Program-made: the position numbers and the translations under genes | Part shown: in pieces, positions 32,007-42,438 of the stretch | Position numbering within the stretch: position 1 is the first letter of the stretch | Layout: each line of letters begins with the position of its first letter | From: an uncultured bacterium | GTDB taxonomy: Bacteria; Babelota; Babeliae; Babelales; Babelaceae | Assembly (NCBI GenBank): GCA_963713855.1 | Contig: OY970209.1 | Location: forward strand, 1,376,001-1,440,000 | Length of the DNA: 64,000 bases | Direction: 5' to 3' | Notes under the pieces: generated by a model | Seen by the model: only the letters and a program-made list of their open reading frames with translations | Database searches by the model: none | What the model was told of the DNA's origin: nothing

Positions 32007-32492
32007 ATGCCACATAAGTACGATGAAAAGTTTATGCGTAGAGCCATCGAGCTTAGCGAGATTGGCTCGATTGTCAAAAAGGCAGGTGGTGTTTTTGGCG
32101 CTGTTATAGTAAAAGATAATGAGATCGTCGGCGAAGGCTACAATCAGGTAAGGGCCCAAAACGATCCTACCTGGCATGCTGAAATTCAGGCCATACGTGA
32201 AGCTTCAAAAAAACTAAAAACTCCCCATCTAAAAGGTTGCGTTCTTTACACTTCTGCAGAATGCTGTCCAATGTGCCTTTGTGCGACATATTGGGCACAT
32301 CTTGATCACATCTATTATGCTTCTCAAATGGAAGACGCATTAAAATATGGCGATTTTGAAGACATCAATTTCCTTGCTGAAGTTTGCAAAAAACCACAAG
32401 ACCGTATCATTAAGTCTACTCAAGTTATGCGGGAAAGTGCGGTGTCTGTCTGGAAGAAATTCCATGATATGCCCGATAGGCCACGCTATTAA
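32007..32492 (+). CDS. nucleoside deaminase (guanine deaminase GuaD-like, CDA fold)
   Basis: NDPTWHAE and ECCPMC zinc motifs; AGGAG SD. Confidence 0.9.
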   Translation: MPHKYDEKFMRRAIELSEIGSIVKKAGGVFGAVIVKDNEIVGEGYNQVRAQNDPTWHAEIQAIREASKKLKTPHLKGCVLYTSAECCPMCLCATYWAHLDHIYYASQMEDALKYGDFEDINFLAEVCKKPQDRIIKSTQVMRESAVSVWKKFHDMPDRPRY

Positions 32493-32513
32493 TAGCTAAC
32501 ATAGAGGATTTTA

Positions 32514-33464
32514 ATGTCTGAAAAAGTGGTCACGAACGGTGTAATTTTGGTAACACAAACGCGTGTGAAAGATGGTAAAGACGGTGAATTTGCACAGTGG
32601 CAGACCATTCTAAGCAAAGCCATTGCAAAGTTTCCCGGATACACTTCATCTTCTATTACACCGGCAAATCCACCCGTACAGTTGGACTGGGTAATTATGC
32701 AGCATTTTGATTCTGCAGAACACGCTAAAACGTGGCTTCAATCGCCCGAGAGGCAAGAACTTTTAAAAAAAGCAAAGGACCTTATAGCGGGTTTTGACGA
32801 CGTCTATCTTTTAGACGAAAAAAAAGAAACTCAAAATGCTGTGGTTGCTACAATCACTGCAAAAATAGAACCTCAAGATACTGAAAAATTTTTAGAGTGG
32901 CATGCCCGTGTTGCTGCGATTCAATCAACATTCTCTGGGTTTATCGGTGCTCGTTTAGAAAAGCCCCGTCCCGGCATTAATGATTCCTGGATTACTATCT
33001 TAACGTTCGATTCAGATAAGCATCTTGAAGCATGGCTTAAATCTTCAGAACGAAAAAAACTCATCGATGAATTACAAACTTTTAGTAGCGAAAGCCATTT
33101 GCGAAAAGCATACTTCGGATTCGATTTTTGGTTTTCCAAAAATGAATATCGCTCCGTCTGGAAAGAGAACATGCTTGTGTTGCTTACCCTCTATCCTGTA
33201 GTGTTTTTGCTTTCGTATATCACAAAACCTCTCATCGCAAAAGGGCTTCCAAGCTGGCTTGCACTTTTTTTTGGAAACGCCCTATCAACAGCAATTTTGG
33301 GGTGGGTGACTGTACCATGGCTTATGAAAATGTTTAATTGGTGGTTGCACCCATCAGGGCGGTTTTCAAAAAGGCTTACCATTCAGGGAGTTTTAATTGT
33401 TGTCCTATTATATTGCGTGAGTCTATACATTTGTTGGCAACTTTTTACGCATCGAGCACCTTAA
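32514..33464 (+). CDS. tandem antibiotic-biosynthesis-monooxygenase (ABM) domain membrane protein
   Basis: Two FPGY/FSGF…FDS…WL.S.ER domains and C-terminal TM helices. Confidence 0.8.
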   Translation: MSEKVVTNGVILVTQTRVKDGKDGEFAQWQTILSKAIAKFPGYTSSSITPANPPVQLDWVIMQHFDSAEHAKTWLQSPERQELLKKAKDLIAGFDDVYLLDEKKETQNAVVATITAKIEPQDTEKFLEWHARVAAIQSTFSGFIGARLEKPRPGINDSWITILTFDSDKHLEAWLKSSERKKLIDELQTFSSESHLRKAYFGFDFWFSKNEYRSVWKENMLVLLTLYPVVFLLSYITKPLIAKGLPSWLALFFGNALSTAILGWVTVPWLMKMFNWWLHPSGRFSKRLTIQGVLIVVLLYCVSLYICWQLFTHRAP

Positions 33465-33865
33465 TACTCTTTTTCAAGATTTTTGCACCTCTTGATGTAT
33501 ACTGCAATTCCGATGCAAAGAACTACAATAGCAGCACCGACTTCAGTGTACGCAATTGTAAGCCACGTATCCTTGTTTAATAGGCCCCATTTCTCTCTAC
33601 AAACTCCTTTATCGTTGTTTTTCAAGCAGGTTAAAACTCCGTTATTGTTAACTATGTCTCCAAGACATCTTTCCAAATCAAGTTCGCTTTCATGTTGGCT
33701 TCCATCATTCGCTTTGCATAAACACGATAACAAAAAATCTTTTTTAACGCATTCACTGCAGGAGTCCTTGTATGGCCCTGATGGAAGTGTTTGCCGAGTT
33801 TGAGCAGTTACAACTTGAGTCGATAAAATAAGCGCGAGAAATAACGTTCTAAAAATTGATTTCAT
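33461..33865 (-). CDS. cyanovirin-N-like (CVNH) domain protein, signal peptide + C-terminal TM
   Basis: GPYKDSC…LSCLCKANDG..HESELDL..C..DI.NNNGVL.C. Confidence 0.75.
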   Translation of the reverse strand: MKSIFRTLFLALILSTQVVTAQTRQTLPSGPYKDSCSECVKKDFLLSCLCKANDGSQHESELDLERCLGDIVNNNGVLTCLKNNDKGVCREKWGLLNKDTWLTIAYTEVGAAIVVLCIGIAVYIKRCKNLEKEY

Positions 33866-33994
33866 AGTATCCTCCCCATCTGCTGGCAGCTCTTTATACA
33901 TCTCGCCACATAAGCCGTCCCCGCTTTAAGCAAACATAAAATCAAACGGTCGACTTCTAGCTATCTGCAATTCGTATAATTAACCATTGACCGT

Positions 33995-34405
33995 TTAAGC
34001 AGCTTTTTTACTTTTGAATGCTATTATCCCTTGACGAATCGTAAAGAAAAGAAGCCCTAACCCACCCATGATAGCAACAGATCCAGCAATTACATATGTC
34101 TGCTTGCTCATGCGCCAGCCGGTTTTGTCCCTGCAAACCCCTTCCACATATTTGGGTGAACATTGTAGTACACCATTCTCATTAATTATATCCCCCGGAC
34201 AAGTTTCTAAGTCAAATTGACTTTCATTCTGGCGCCCATCGTTAGCTTTACATAAACAGGATAGCAGATGCTCTTTTTTAACGCATTCAGTACAGGAGTC
34301 CCTGTACGGCCCAGGTGGCATGAGAAATTGTATTGCCTCTTGAGCCACTACGACTTGTGGCGCTAAAAAGAGTGCGAGAAATAATGCTGTAAAAAGTGCT
34401 TTCAT
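33995..34405 (-). CDS. CVNH-like domain protein, paralog
   Basis: GPYRDSC…LSCLCKANDG..NESQFDL..C..DIINENGVLQC; C-terminal TM. Confidence 0.75.
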   Translation of the reverse strand: MKALFTALFLALFLAPQVVVAQEAIQFLMPPGPYRDSCTECVKKEHLLSCLCKANDGRQNESQFDLETCPGDIINENGVLQCSPKYVEGVCRDKTGWRMSKQTYVIAGSVAIMGGLGLLFFTIRQGIIAFKSKKAA

Positions 34406-34547
34406 ACTTTTTCCTTTCAAACTCACTCCGATAAGCGTAGTTCAAAGTTACAATCAAGTCTAGCAATGTATATGAGCTTCCTACTCTATACCAATAACGT
34501 TCTGGGGCTTACGAAATTAGTTCATGCTCTATTTTTGGATTTCATGC

Positions 34548-34913
34548 TTATTGGCGAACCTCAAGTTCCTTGACACGCGCTTTTAGCAAAAGATAAATGA
34601 ATCCACCACAAACAAACGCGCCTAGGTTTCCAAGAGCAATATAGAGAGTCGTTTTCCCATCGCTTCTAGGCGAAGATTTTAAAACACCATTATCGTTAAT
34701 TATCTCATGGATACAAGATTCGCAATCTAGCTCGCTTATTTGCAAGCTTCCATCAATTTTCTCACATAGGCACGATAACAAATGGGCCTTTTTAACACAC
34801 TCACGGCAGGAATTTTGGTAAGGACCGGCTGGAAGAAAAAGCTGTAAATTTTGAGCCATGACTTGAGGTGTAAAAATCAGTGCGAATACTAACGCTTTAA
34901 GAATTGCTTTCAT
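34548..34913 (-). CDS. CVNH-like domain protein, paralog
   Basis: GPYQNSC…LSCLCEKIDG..QISELDC..C..EIINDNGVL; C-terminal TM. Confidence 0.75.
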   Translation of the reverse strand: MKAILKALVFALIFTPQVMAQNLQLFLPAGPYQNSCRECVKKAHLLSCLCEKIDGSLQISELDCESCIHEIINDNGVLKSSPRSDGKTTLYIALGNLGAFVCGGFIYLLLKARVKELEVRQ

Positions 34914-35106
34914 ACTTTCCTTTCCAATGCACGAGAAACCTCCAACAGAGTAGCCTTTACAAGAATAAAGTCTAGTCCTTGGTTATCCCTAGGATTGAGC
35001 AACTAAAGCATGATTTATTGAAGCTTATAGCAGAAGATAAATTTGCATCGCTTCCAGAAAAAGTGGCCATCATAGCTAATGCGACTAACCCTACATTTTT
35101 TCAAGG

Positions 35107-36359
35107 CTATTTTATCTGTCTTGCAATCTCGATTCCTTTGCCGACAGGAGCTGCACCAGCTTGGTTAATGGCAACGAACATGGCAAGGTCTTTATCTGGA
35201 TTGAGGATAAGGGCCGTGCTAAATCCAGCCGTCTCGCCATCTTTAAAAATTACAGGTCTAAGGTCAGACCTACTTGCATCGCCCACATTATTGATCCAGG
35301 CCATAGCTTGCTTATTATAGGCCTTTGGCATAGTATAGATAGGTCTTTGAGCATCCTTCATAGCTCTTATGAGGTCTGCAGGCATACTCTTTCCATTTAC
35401 CGTTCTATGACCAATATTAGCTTCAGCAAAACTAAGCATGTCACGAGGTGTCGAACGAAACCCACCAGCCGCGTACCAGGCAAAGACAGGCCAGCTAGGA
35501 GCTATTGCGCCATCTTTAAGATGCCCTTGCGCCAAGCGTGCTTGCTGCTCCGTTGTTGGATACAGTGTCGTATCTACCATGCCAAGCGGTCTTATAATCT
35601 CTGCTGTTACTTGATTCTCCCAAGACTTTCCTGTCGCTGTTTCAAGCAAGTAGCCTAATAACCCTACGCCCGAATTGGAGTAGAGGAAAGGAGCAGGAAT
35701 TGGTGTTGTGGGCGTCCAACTTGAAATCCAGGTTAGAAAGTCATTAGCTGTGTATTCTTTTATGCTTCTTTGTTCAAGTTTTGCAGGTATATTTGTTGGA
35801 TCATCAGGTAAGCCGGATGTAAAATCTGCAAGCTCAAGTGGAGTCATGGCCTGCGCTGCTGGCTTTAAGGTATAACCCTTTGGCATATAATTTTGTACCG
35901 ATACATTTGGGTAAATCTGATTACGATTAATTGCAAGAGCAAATAACGTGGTCGTAAATACTTTGGTATTGGATCCGATTTCGACAAGCGTATCAGGCGT
36001 AAATGGGGAGAGGCAGTGGCTGAGCCATAGCTAAAAAAGTACCGCTCACCACGTAATGACACAGCTACAATAGCTCCAGCAAGATTTTCTTTAAGAAGGT
36101 ACGGCTTCATGATGGCGTCAACAGTCTCTTTAACTGTTGGAGAAGAATCATCAAGCATCTTTACCGAGACAGCGGCAGATGCAACACTGCTTGATACATT
36201 TTGACTGACCGATTGTTGATTGGCCAACGTGGGCAATAGCGTCGGATTCGTCACGTGGGGCATTAGCGTACCCTGTTCACTTAGATGCGACTCACGAGCC
36301 ACTTTACACGTCATATTGCTAACTATCATCAATGCCAAAAAAAATAGTATAGTATTCAC
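35107..36359 (-). pseudogene. class C beta-lactamase-like serine hydrolase, frameshifted
   Basis: Shifted frame reads PFTPDTLVEIGSNTKVFT (SxxK) into ORF 35107..35886 with YSN and KDG.T.GF; shift near 36005-36015. Confidence 0.85.
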
Positions 36360-36439
36360 AACAATCCTTATGCTTTAAGGTAATGGTGTTAACCTATCTA
36401 ATATCTTTCTTGAGCGTCAAGAGTAGTTGGCTTCACTTA

Positions 36440-36691
36440 ATCTATAACAGGGTCTGTATATTTTTTTGCTTTTTTGGAACGTCTTAAAACGAGTCTAATG
36501 TCCCCCTGTAAACTTCATAATTTGTACGAACTCCCAACCTTGGGAATCAAAATCATTCACTACTTGCGTGAGTTCAGTTTCTTCAAAAGCACCGGCATCT
36601 GAGAAAAAGAATTTAAAAATTGACATAGAGCTCAAATCACTCGGGTTTGGGCCGCCTTAAGTATAAACCTCACAATCTTGTATTCGAACAT
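36440..36691 (-). pseudogene. DUF4177-like remnant
   Basis: MFEYKIVRF…, shifted ELTQVVNDFDSQGWEFVQI…, shifted LVLRRSK; resembles the EYKV…LN..G..GWELV…FKR pattern. Confidence 0.5.
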
Positions 36692-36910
36692 AAAAGCACC
36701 ATCACAGCAGAATATTTGAAGTTGCTCTATTAATTTTACTATTCATTTTTTAAGGTTGCTAGTAGCAAGTTATTTACGAATAAATGAATTCGGCTTATAA
36801 AACTAACTGTTCCATAAAAATAGTTTTTCCATTTTACAGCTCATCTTTTAGCAGTTTACTACTATTATTTTTCATAGTATAATTACACACAAAAAACTAA
36901 GAGAAATCAA

Positions 36911-37834
36911 ATGAGAAAAATAATTGTAGCTTTCATTCTTGGAAGTGCAGCCTTGACTTCGGCAGGGAAGGTTGAACCTGCTCCTGATTTACCTCAGGTA
37001 TTGGCCGCAGCTCAGCGCGGCTTTCTTGAAGGCATAGCAGAAGAGCCTAAAATCATTGCTGCTTGTTTAAAAAAGTCATCAGATGATGTTACACAATGGC
37101 TTTATGATGTAGCAAACAAGGACATTATACATTTTTCTCTCTTGCTGCCGCGCGCTCAAGCATGCTTTTTTTCCGGATTTGCAACAACTCTTTTCATTCT
37201 TGAGATTTTAGTAAGACGTATTTCTGATGAGATACCAACTTTACTAATGGCTGGTCTTACAAAATACGCAAGACTTTTAGCTCTTATAGCTCTGATAAGC
37301 AGTTTTCTTGTTAGCCTTGGCGATAATGAACAACCACATTGGTATGAATACCTTAAAGGATTCGGTCAGGGCCAAGCCGAACCACTGCGCCCTTTTTTAC
37401 AAGCTTTAGTACCTCTAATAGCAGCCTTACCTAAATTTTTCGATGCTATAGAAACCGCCTTTCCACCACAGCAAGGACTAATCTGGGCTTCTAAGCTATA
37501 TCAAAAAGGGAAAAAATCGTTACAATCCCAACCAGCCACCATACAAACTTCTTATTCTACTAGTTTTGTATTCGCAAATATCTTAACACTCGGTCTGTGG
37601 AGTTACATTGTATATCATAGCCTGAAAAGAAATTTACCGAGATTTAGAACTATTCAAGATGAGCGATTGAGTCAAGTGTATTTTATCGCATTTATTCTCT
37701 TTCCTACTGCATGCGCTTTATCATCGGTCTATAAAACTTATTCGAGAACAAAAGTCCTTTATGAGTACTTCGTATTTGACAGTAAGATATATTTCGTGTC
37801 TCTTCCTGAGTCTAGGATAGTGTCTCCCTCCTGA
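36911..37834 (+). CDS. hypothetical multi-TM membrane protein
   Basis: 307 aa ORF, signal peptide, several hydrophobic helices. Confidence 0.65.
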   Translation: MRKIIVAFILGSAALTSAGKVEPAPDLPQVLAAAQRGFLEGIAEEPKIIAACLKKSSDDVTQWLYDVANKDIIHFSLLLPRAQACFFSGFATTLFILEILVRRISDEIPTLLMAGLTKYARLLALIALISSFLVSLGDNEQPHWYEYLKGFGQGQAEPLRPFLQALVPLIAALPKFFDAIETAFPPQQGLIWASKLYQKGKKSLQSQPATIQTSYSTSFVFANILTLGLWSYIVYHSLKRNLPRFRTIQDERLSQVYFIAFILFPTACALSSVYKTYSRTKVLYEYFVFDSKIYFVSLPESRIVSPS

Positions 37835-39243
37835 CCCAGAAATAATTTTGTCTCGATCGACTCCAACCAGTCGCGATCTATGCTTTCAAATTTTCTTATA
37901 ACTGGTTTATTATATCGTTCTCGAAGAAAATTATAGCTATACAGTGCTTGTTTTTTATCATCTTCATTTTGATGATTAGATAAATGGCTGATAACACGTG
38001 ATAGTAAGTCCAATGTTTGATCCTTGCCCTGTATGACTTCCGCTTTCCAACTATCAAAAAGCAGTTCTTTCCAACGCTCATACTCTCGCTTTTCTTTTTG
38101 GAGCACTTCCTGATATTTCTTTTTCAACACGGATCCCATAATCGTTTTTTTTGCAAGTTTTGGAAAAAGTTCCTCGGTTTGCAAAGGCACACATTTGCCC
38201 CGATTTTTCCACTCGTTAAGCGCCTTAATAACATCAATGCCATGGTCTTTCAAAAAACCAGCCATATAAAAAACACGTTCAACGTTTGAAGGATGGGGAG
38301 AGATAAAAATGCATCTTTCTGAATGAATTGGAGAATCAGTTTGTTTAGCCCAAATATCCATCATCTGTAAGATGGGGCTTATTTTGCGCTGCTCAAAAAG
38401 CTTATCAAGCATAAACAAGTCTGCGCGCCTTTCCTTTGAAAACCTGTAAAATGCTTCTTCGTCTTGCGTTAATTCATCCCAAATTGGTTCGTCTGGATGG
38501 CCAGTTAGGAGCTTACTGATCTCGAGATTGTGAGAGCTCTCAAATATTTTTTTGCCTATTAAACTATAGCGCTCGATTCTTTTAAGATCGTTCAGAAAAG
38601 ATTTTTTACTAATAAGGTCGTCGATTGATTTGATGCCTCGTTCCAGTTGCCTCTTGGAAAAACCATCCTTATTATGAATGTGGCCCAATTCATGATAAAG
38701 AGCAAACAATAAACTATCCGTATCGGGAGAGGTTTTACACAAAGCAACATAGGGAGTTTTCATACCTAGACCTGAATAGGCCTGATAACCGGATTTAGCA
38801 GACGTTGCTAAAGTAATGACGTCGCCAGTCAATTCCGTTTTTTGCTGAGCTTTTTTGGACAGCTCTAAAAGTTCAAGAGTGGGATATTCCCATCCTTCAT
38901 GCTCTTCTATCAATGTAAGTGTTTCAATTTCTTGTCTGAGATCATCTAAAAATGGTTTAGAAATGTCTTTAACTGATTCTGCTTTTGAAAAACCTAAAAA
39001 TTCTCGCAAAAAATTGTAAGCACGCAGTATGTCAGTTTCATCACTTGAATCTTTTTGAGCTCTTTGTTCAGATTCTATGAAATCTAACACTTTTGCAATG
39101 CCACTAATAAATGTTGGTGATTTATCCTTATAAGCCTCATTGACCTCATGCTCCAACTTTTGAAACGGCAATGAGGATGTATCTGCCTGCACGTAGCAGG
39201 AAGATATCAAAAAAAGTAAAAGCTTGAAGATCGAAACCCTCAT
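37759..39243 (-). CDS. secreted HExxH zinc metallopeptidase-like protein (M48-like)
   Basis: ALYHELGH, ERRADL, HPS..ER; internal repeat AYNFLRE / SYNFLRE. Confidence 0.65.
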   Translation of the reverse strand: MRVSIFKLLLFLISSCYVQADTSSLPFQKLEHEVNEAYKDKSPTFISGIAKVLDFIESEQRAQKDSSDETDILRAYNFLREFLGFSKAESVKDISKPFLDDLRQEIETLTLIEEHEGWEYPTLELLELSKKAQQKTELTGDVITLATSAKSGYQAYSGLGMKTPYVALCKTSPDTDSLLFALYHELGHIHNKDGFSKRQLERGIKSIDDLISKKSFLNDLKRIERYSLIGKKIFESSHNLEISKLLTGHPDEPIWDELTQDEEAFYRFSKERRADLFMLDKLFEQRKISPILQMMDIWAKQTDSPIHSERCIFISPHPSNVERVFYMAGFLKDHGIDVIKALNEWKNRGKCVPLQTEELFPKLAKKTIMGSVLKKKYQEVLQKEKREYERWKELLFDSWKAEVIQGKDQTLDLLSRVISHLSNHQNEDDKKQALYSYNFLRERYNKPVIRKFESIDRDWLESIETKLFLGQEGDTILDSGRDTKYILLSNTKYS

Positions 39244-39244
39244 G

Positions 39245-40036
39245 TTAGACCTTTAAAAGCAAGTGTGATTCAGTACTATTTTTATACGAGGTCTTAGCTC
39301 CATCTTTAGCAGCGTCAACTGCCTTAACTATGGCTCGTACTTCCTCTATACTAAGTGCCCACACACATGGATCCCCATCCCATTTTTTTTCTTGCATCTT
39401 GAAGAGCAAATAATCTGAGAAAGTAGTTTCGCGCAAGCGGCAATTATAACTTTCAAAGCATTCTTGCCATTTAACCACATCTTCAATCATGTTTGGATCG
39501 TCGATGTGCTCAATCAAGAAGAACAGCATAGGTCTGACATAATCGTGAGTTATACACCATTGGTAGTCGACCCATTCAATCACGTTGACTAATGATTGCG
39601 CTGTCACACGTGCACCTTGCGCAAGAAGGCTCGCGCTTTGAGCTCGATTTAGCCCACGCGCAGCCTTTGCTAACGCTTTATCAAGCGGGGATGCAAATCC
39701 CTTAAAAGTCTTTTTTTCGTCTTGTTTTTTGAATGAGTAAAATGGCGATTCTTGCATCTTTGGTTGCTCACTTACCCCGAACAATGAGTTATAAAAGGCT
39801 TGCCCTTTTACAAATTCATCGTGGGCTTCTTTGTAGTCACCTCTTTTATCAGGATGGCATTTGAGCACAAAGTCCTTGTAAGCCTTTTTTATTTCATGTA
39901 TAGAACTGGATGAGGTGACTTCAGGATGCGCACAATCTATCGTTTTTGTCTGAGTTTTGATTGTTGAGAGAGAGATGAATAAAAGGATAAGAAAAAATGA
40001 GTATAAGCCCTTAAAAAGCATTTTAAACTCCTTCAA
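39245..40036 (-). CDS. J-domain (DnaJ-like) protein with signal peptide
   Basis: EIKKAYK…KCHPDK J-domain motif. Confidence 0.8.
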   Translation of the reverse strand: MKEFKMLFKGLYSFFLILLFISLSTIKTQTKTIDCAHPEVTSSSSIHEIKKAYKDFVLKCHPDKRGDYKEAHDEFVKGQAFYNSLFGVSEQPKMQESPFYSFKKQDEKKTFKGFASPLDKALAKAARGLNRAQSASLLAQGARVTAQSLVNVIEWVDYQWCITHDYVRPMLFFLIEHIDDPNMIEDVVKWQECFESYNCRLRETTFSDYLLFKMQEKKWDGDPCVWALSIEEVRAIVKAVDAAKDGAKTSYKNSTESHLLLKV

Positions 40037-40211
40037 CTACTTTAACTTTTTATTCAATTTCATAATAGCAAATATTATAAAATAAAGCGATACGAAAAAG
40101 ACAGTCACAGGATCAAGATGATGCTTTGTAGCTTTAAACCCATGCGATTCCTACATTGATCGCTTTGTCAAGACAATGAGCGATTCGATATTGACGTACA
40201 AGCCCAAGAAT

Positions 40212-40574
40212 TTATGCTGATGCGTAGAATGAAGAGACTTTATATGTCTTACAAGTATCATCAGCTGCGACCTTCGATGAGGCTGTCAATTTTTTACCTT
40301 CACTTACTTGGGTGACAGCAAGCAAGAGCCCGCTCAAGGGATCATAAGCATTAAGTGTGACGGCGGCGTTAAATAATTGATTTTCTCCTGGCTTGATACT
40401 CACCGACTGAATCCCCTTAGGTATGCCCTTCAATGTGGAAAAAAGAGCCGCCTTAGTACTGTAAGCTGTATCGTTCAGAACGTTTATGCAAACGCTCTTT
40501 TCTATAACACCGGGTATTAGTCCCTGTGCAGAGCTGCAAATAGCTAATAAGGCTAGGTATACGTATTTTTTCAT
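40212..40574 (-). CDS. small secreted protein
   Basis: AAGGAG SD, signal peptide. Confidence 0.7.
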   Translation of the reverse strand: MKKYVYLALLAICSSAQGLIPGVIEKSVCINVLNDTAYSTKAALFSTLKGIPKGIQSVSIKPGENQLFNAAVTLNAYDPLSGLLLAVTQVSEGKKLTASSKVAADDTCKTYKVSSFYASA

Positions 40575-40644
40575 TCTATTCTCCTTTAATATGGTGGCTG
40601 AGCGCGATTTTAATACTCCTTAAATACATTTCAGCGTGCTGATC

Positions 40645-41073
40645 TTAAGCGCATGGCACCCAGGACGCAACAAATTTTCCTTTAGAATCCTTGTTAATAT
40701 AGATAGTAAGTGGATGGAAAGTAGCCTTACAAAATGCACGCGGATCCAAAGAAACCCGTTGTGACACACTCGCAGCGTAGAATAGAGGAAACATACTTGG
40801 CGTACTTGATCCTGAAGAAACATTAAGATAGTTTGCGCAACAACCGATAGGTGTTGAGGTGTAGACCGTTGATAATTGACCACTCGTTTGGCCAGCCTTG
40901 AGTGTAGTGGATGCATTACTACATCCGCCAAGACCACCGAGTAAATTCCCGCCAATCATTTCCACCTTGATTGTTTCATTCTTGAGGCAGTTAACCACAT
41001 AGTAACTATACCCTCTGGCCGACGCAGCTAGAAACAACATCCCGACGCAAAATAGCAAGGAAAAAAGTTTCAT
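40645..41073 (-). CDS. small secreted Cys-rich protein related to 3431/3802
   Basis: AAGGAG SD; LKAGQT and GCCANYLNV resemble VKPGET and SCCASTMNV. Confidence 0.7.
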   Translation of the reverse strand: MKLFSLLFCVGMLFLAASARGYSYYVVNCLKNETIKVEMIGGNLLGGLGGCSNASTTLKAGQTSGQLSTVYTSTPIGCCANYLNVSSGSSTPSMFPLFYAASVSQRVSLDPRAFCKATFHPLTIYINKDSKGKFVASWVPCA

Positions 41074-41173
41074 TTACTCTCCTTCTATCATTTAATTAAT
41101 TTAATAATAAACTATTTTGATTAAAAAGAGCAAGAATTAGGAGGTCGAAGAGTGCATAGATCTGCATACAGCC

Positions 41174-41857
41174 TTACTTTTGCTGAGCCAATAAATCCAG
41201 GAGTGCTTTGGCAGCCGGTCCTGACGATGCGGGATTCTGTCCAGTCACAAGGCGTCCATCAACAAGTACAAAGCTATGCCAATCTGGTGCCTTTTGGTAG
41301 ATAGCGCCCACTCTTTTAAGCTCATCTTCGACCAGAAAGGGAACAACCTTGGTCAAGTGCATGGCTTCTTCTTCGCCATCGGTAAAGCCCGTCACTCGCT
41401 TGCCTTTTATGAGTAAGGCATCGTTAATTCTTACTCGATGGAGCACACCGGAAGCGTGACAGACTGCTGCAACAGGTTTTCCTGAGTTATAAAAAGACTC
41501 AATGAGATCAATCGCATCAGGATTATCGACAATGTCCCACATCGGGCCATGTCCACCCACAAAAAAAACAGTATCAAAATCTTTGGCTTTCATGTCAGCT
41601 AGCTTAGCTGTTTGAGAAAGCGCTTTTTGTGCAACCTTATCTTGCTTGAAGCGTGCCATCGCAGGAGTTTGATTTTCTGGTAGATCGCTTTTAGGGTCTA
41701 CAGGTGGTTGACCACCTTTTGGTGAGGCAAGCGTTACGTCTGCTCCGGCATCCCTAAATACAAAATAAGGAGCTGCAAATTCTTCAAGCCAAAACCCGGT
41801 CTTGCGACCAGTGTTACCTAGTTGATCGTGCGATGTCAGTACCATAAGGATCTTCAT
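41174..41857 (-). CDS. DJ-1/PfpI (ThiJ/Hsp31-like) family protein
   Basis: MKILMVLTSH, TGFWLEE, GGHGPMWD, AVCH, TGQNPAS. Confidence 0.92.
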   Translation of the reverse strand: MKILMVLTSHDQLGNTGRKTGFWLEEFAAPYFVFRDAGADVTLASPKGGQPPVDPKSDLPENQTPAMARFKQDKVAQKALSQTAKLADMKAKDFDTVFFVGGHGPMWDIVDNPDAIDLIESFYNSGKPVAAVCHASGVLHRVRINDALLIKGKRVTGFTDGEEEAMHLTKVVPFLVEDELKRVGAIYQKAPDWHSFVLVDGRLVTGQNPASSGPAAKALLDLLAQQK

Positions 41858-41916
41858 GCTCGTTTTCTCCTGCCCTTCTTTATAGGTTGATTTTACATTG
41901 CTTAAAAAGTAACCTT

Positions 41917-42438
41917 TCAACGGTCCAGTGAGTTACTAACCTTATTAATCTCTTTAAGCTCTTCGATTCGCACACTAGCAAGTCCATGACCGGGTGAATG
42001 CATAACATAGATTTTTGAGTCAGCTATATCGGGCTGCCAGCCATATGAAACTTTTGCTTCTCCGCTAAACATGCTGTAGGTTATTTTCCCCACAAAACAA
42101 ACAACCAAGGGTCGATACTTTTTGATAGCACTAAGTATTCGCTTGCTGTTTGGTAAAGCCTCTACTCTTTTAAGCTCGCTAGCAGTCCGTGTGGCCCTGT
42201 CTACCACGTTCAGTAAGCCGAGCCTATATTTGTTCTTAAAATCTCGCAAAAAAAGCCGCTTTAGTAGTACATCATTTTTTAATTGCGAGCGCGTTTCTGG
42301 TAAAAGGCCCGCTTCATGAAGGAGATACCAAAACAATTTATTATTGGAATAAGGTATGCCACGGCTATAAGAACCAGGGTGTGGATTAATACCTACGAAT
42401 AAAATCTTTAAGCCATAACCGACTTGATACTGTATCAT
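41917..42438 (-). CDS. mismatch-specific DNA glycosylase (MUG/TDG family)
   Basis: LFVGINP, N..FW..L..AGL, VCFVGK. Confidence 0.85.
   Translation of the reverse strand: MIQYQVGYGLKILFVGINPHPGSYSRGIPYSNNKLFWYLLHEAGLLPETRSQLKNDVLLKRLFLRDFKNKYRLGLLNVVDRATRTASELKRVEALPNSKRILSAIKKYRPLVVCFVGKITYSMFSGEAKVSYGWQPDIADSKIYVMHSPGHGLASVRIEELKEINKVSNSLDR

Noticed and set aside
34979..35658. Plus-strand ORFs 34979..35320 and 35161..35658
   Set aside because: Antisense to the beta-lactamase-like gene, with no motifs
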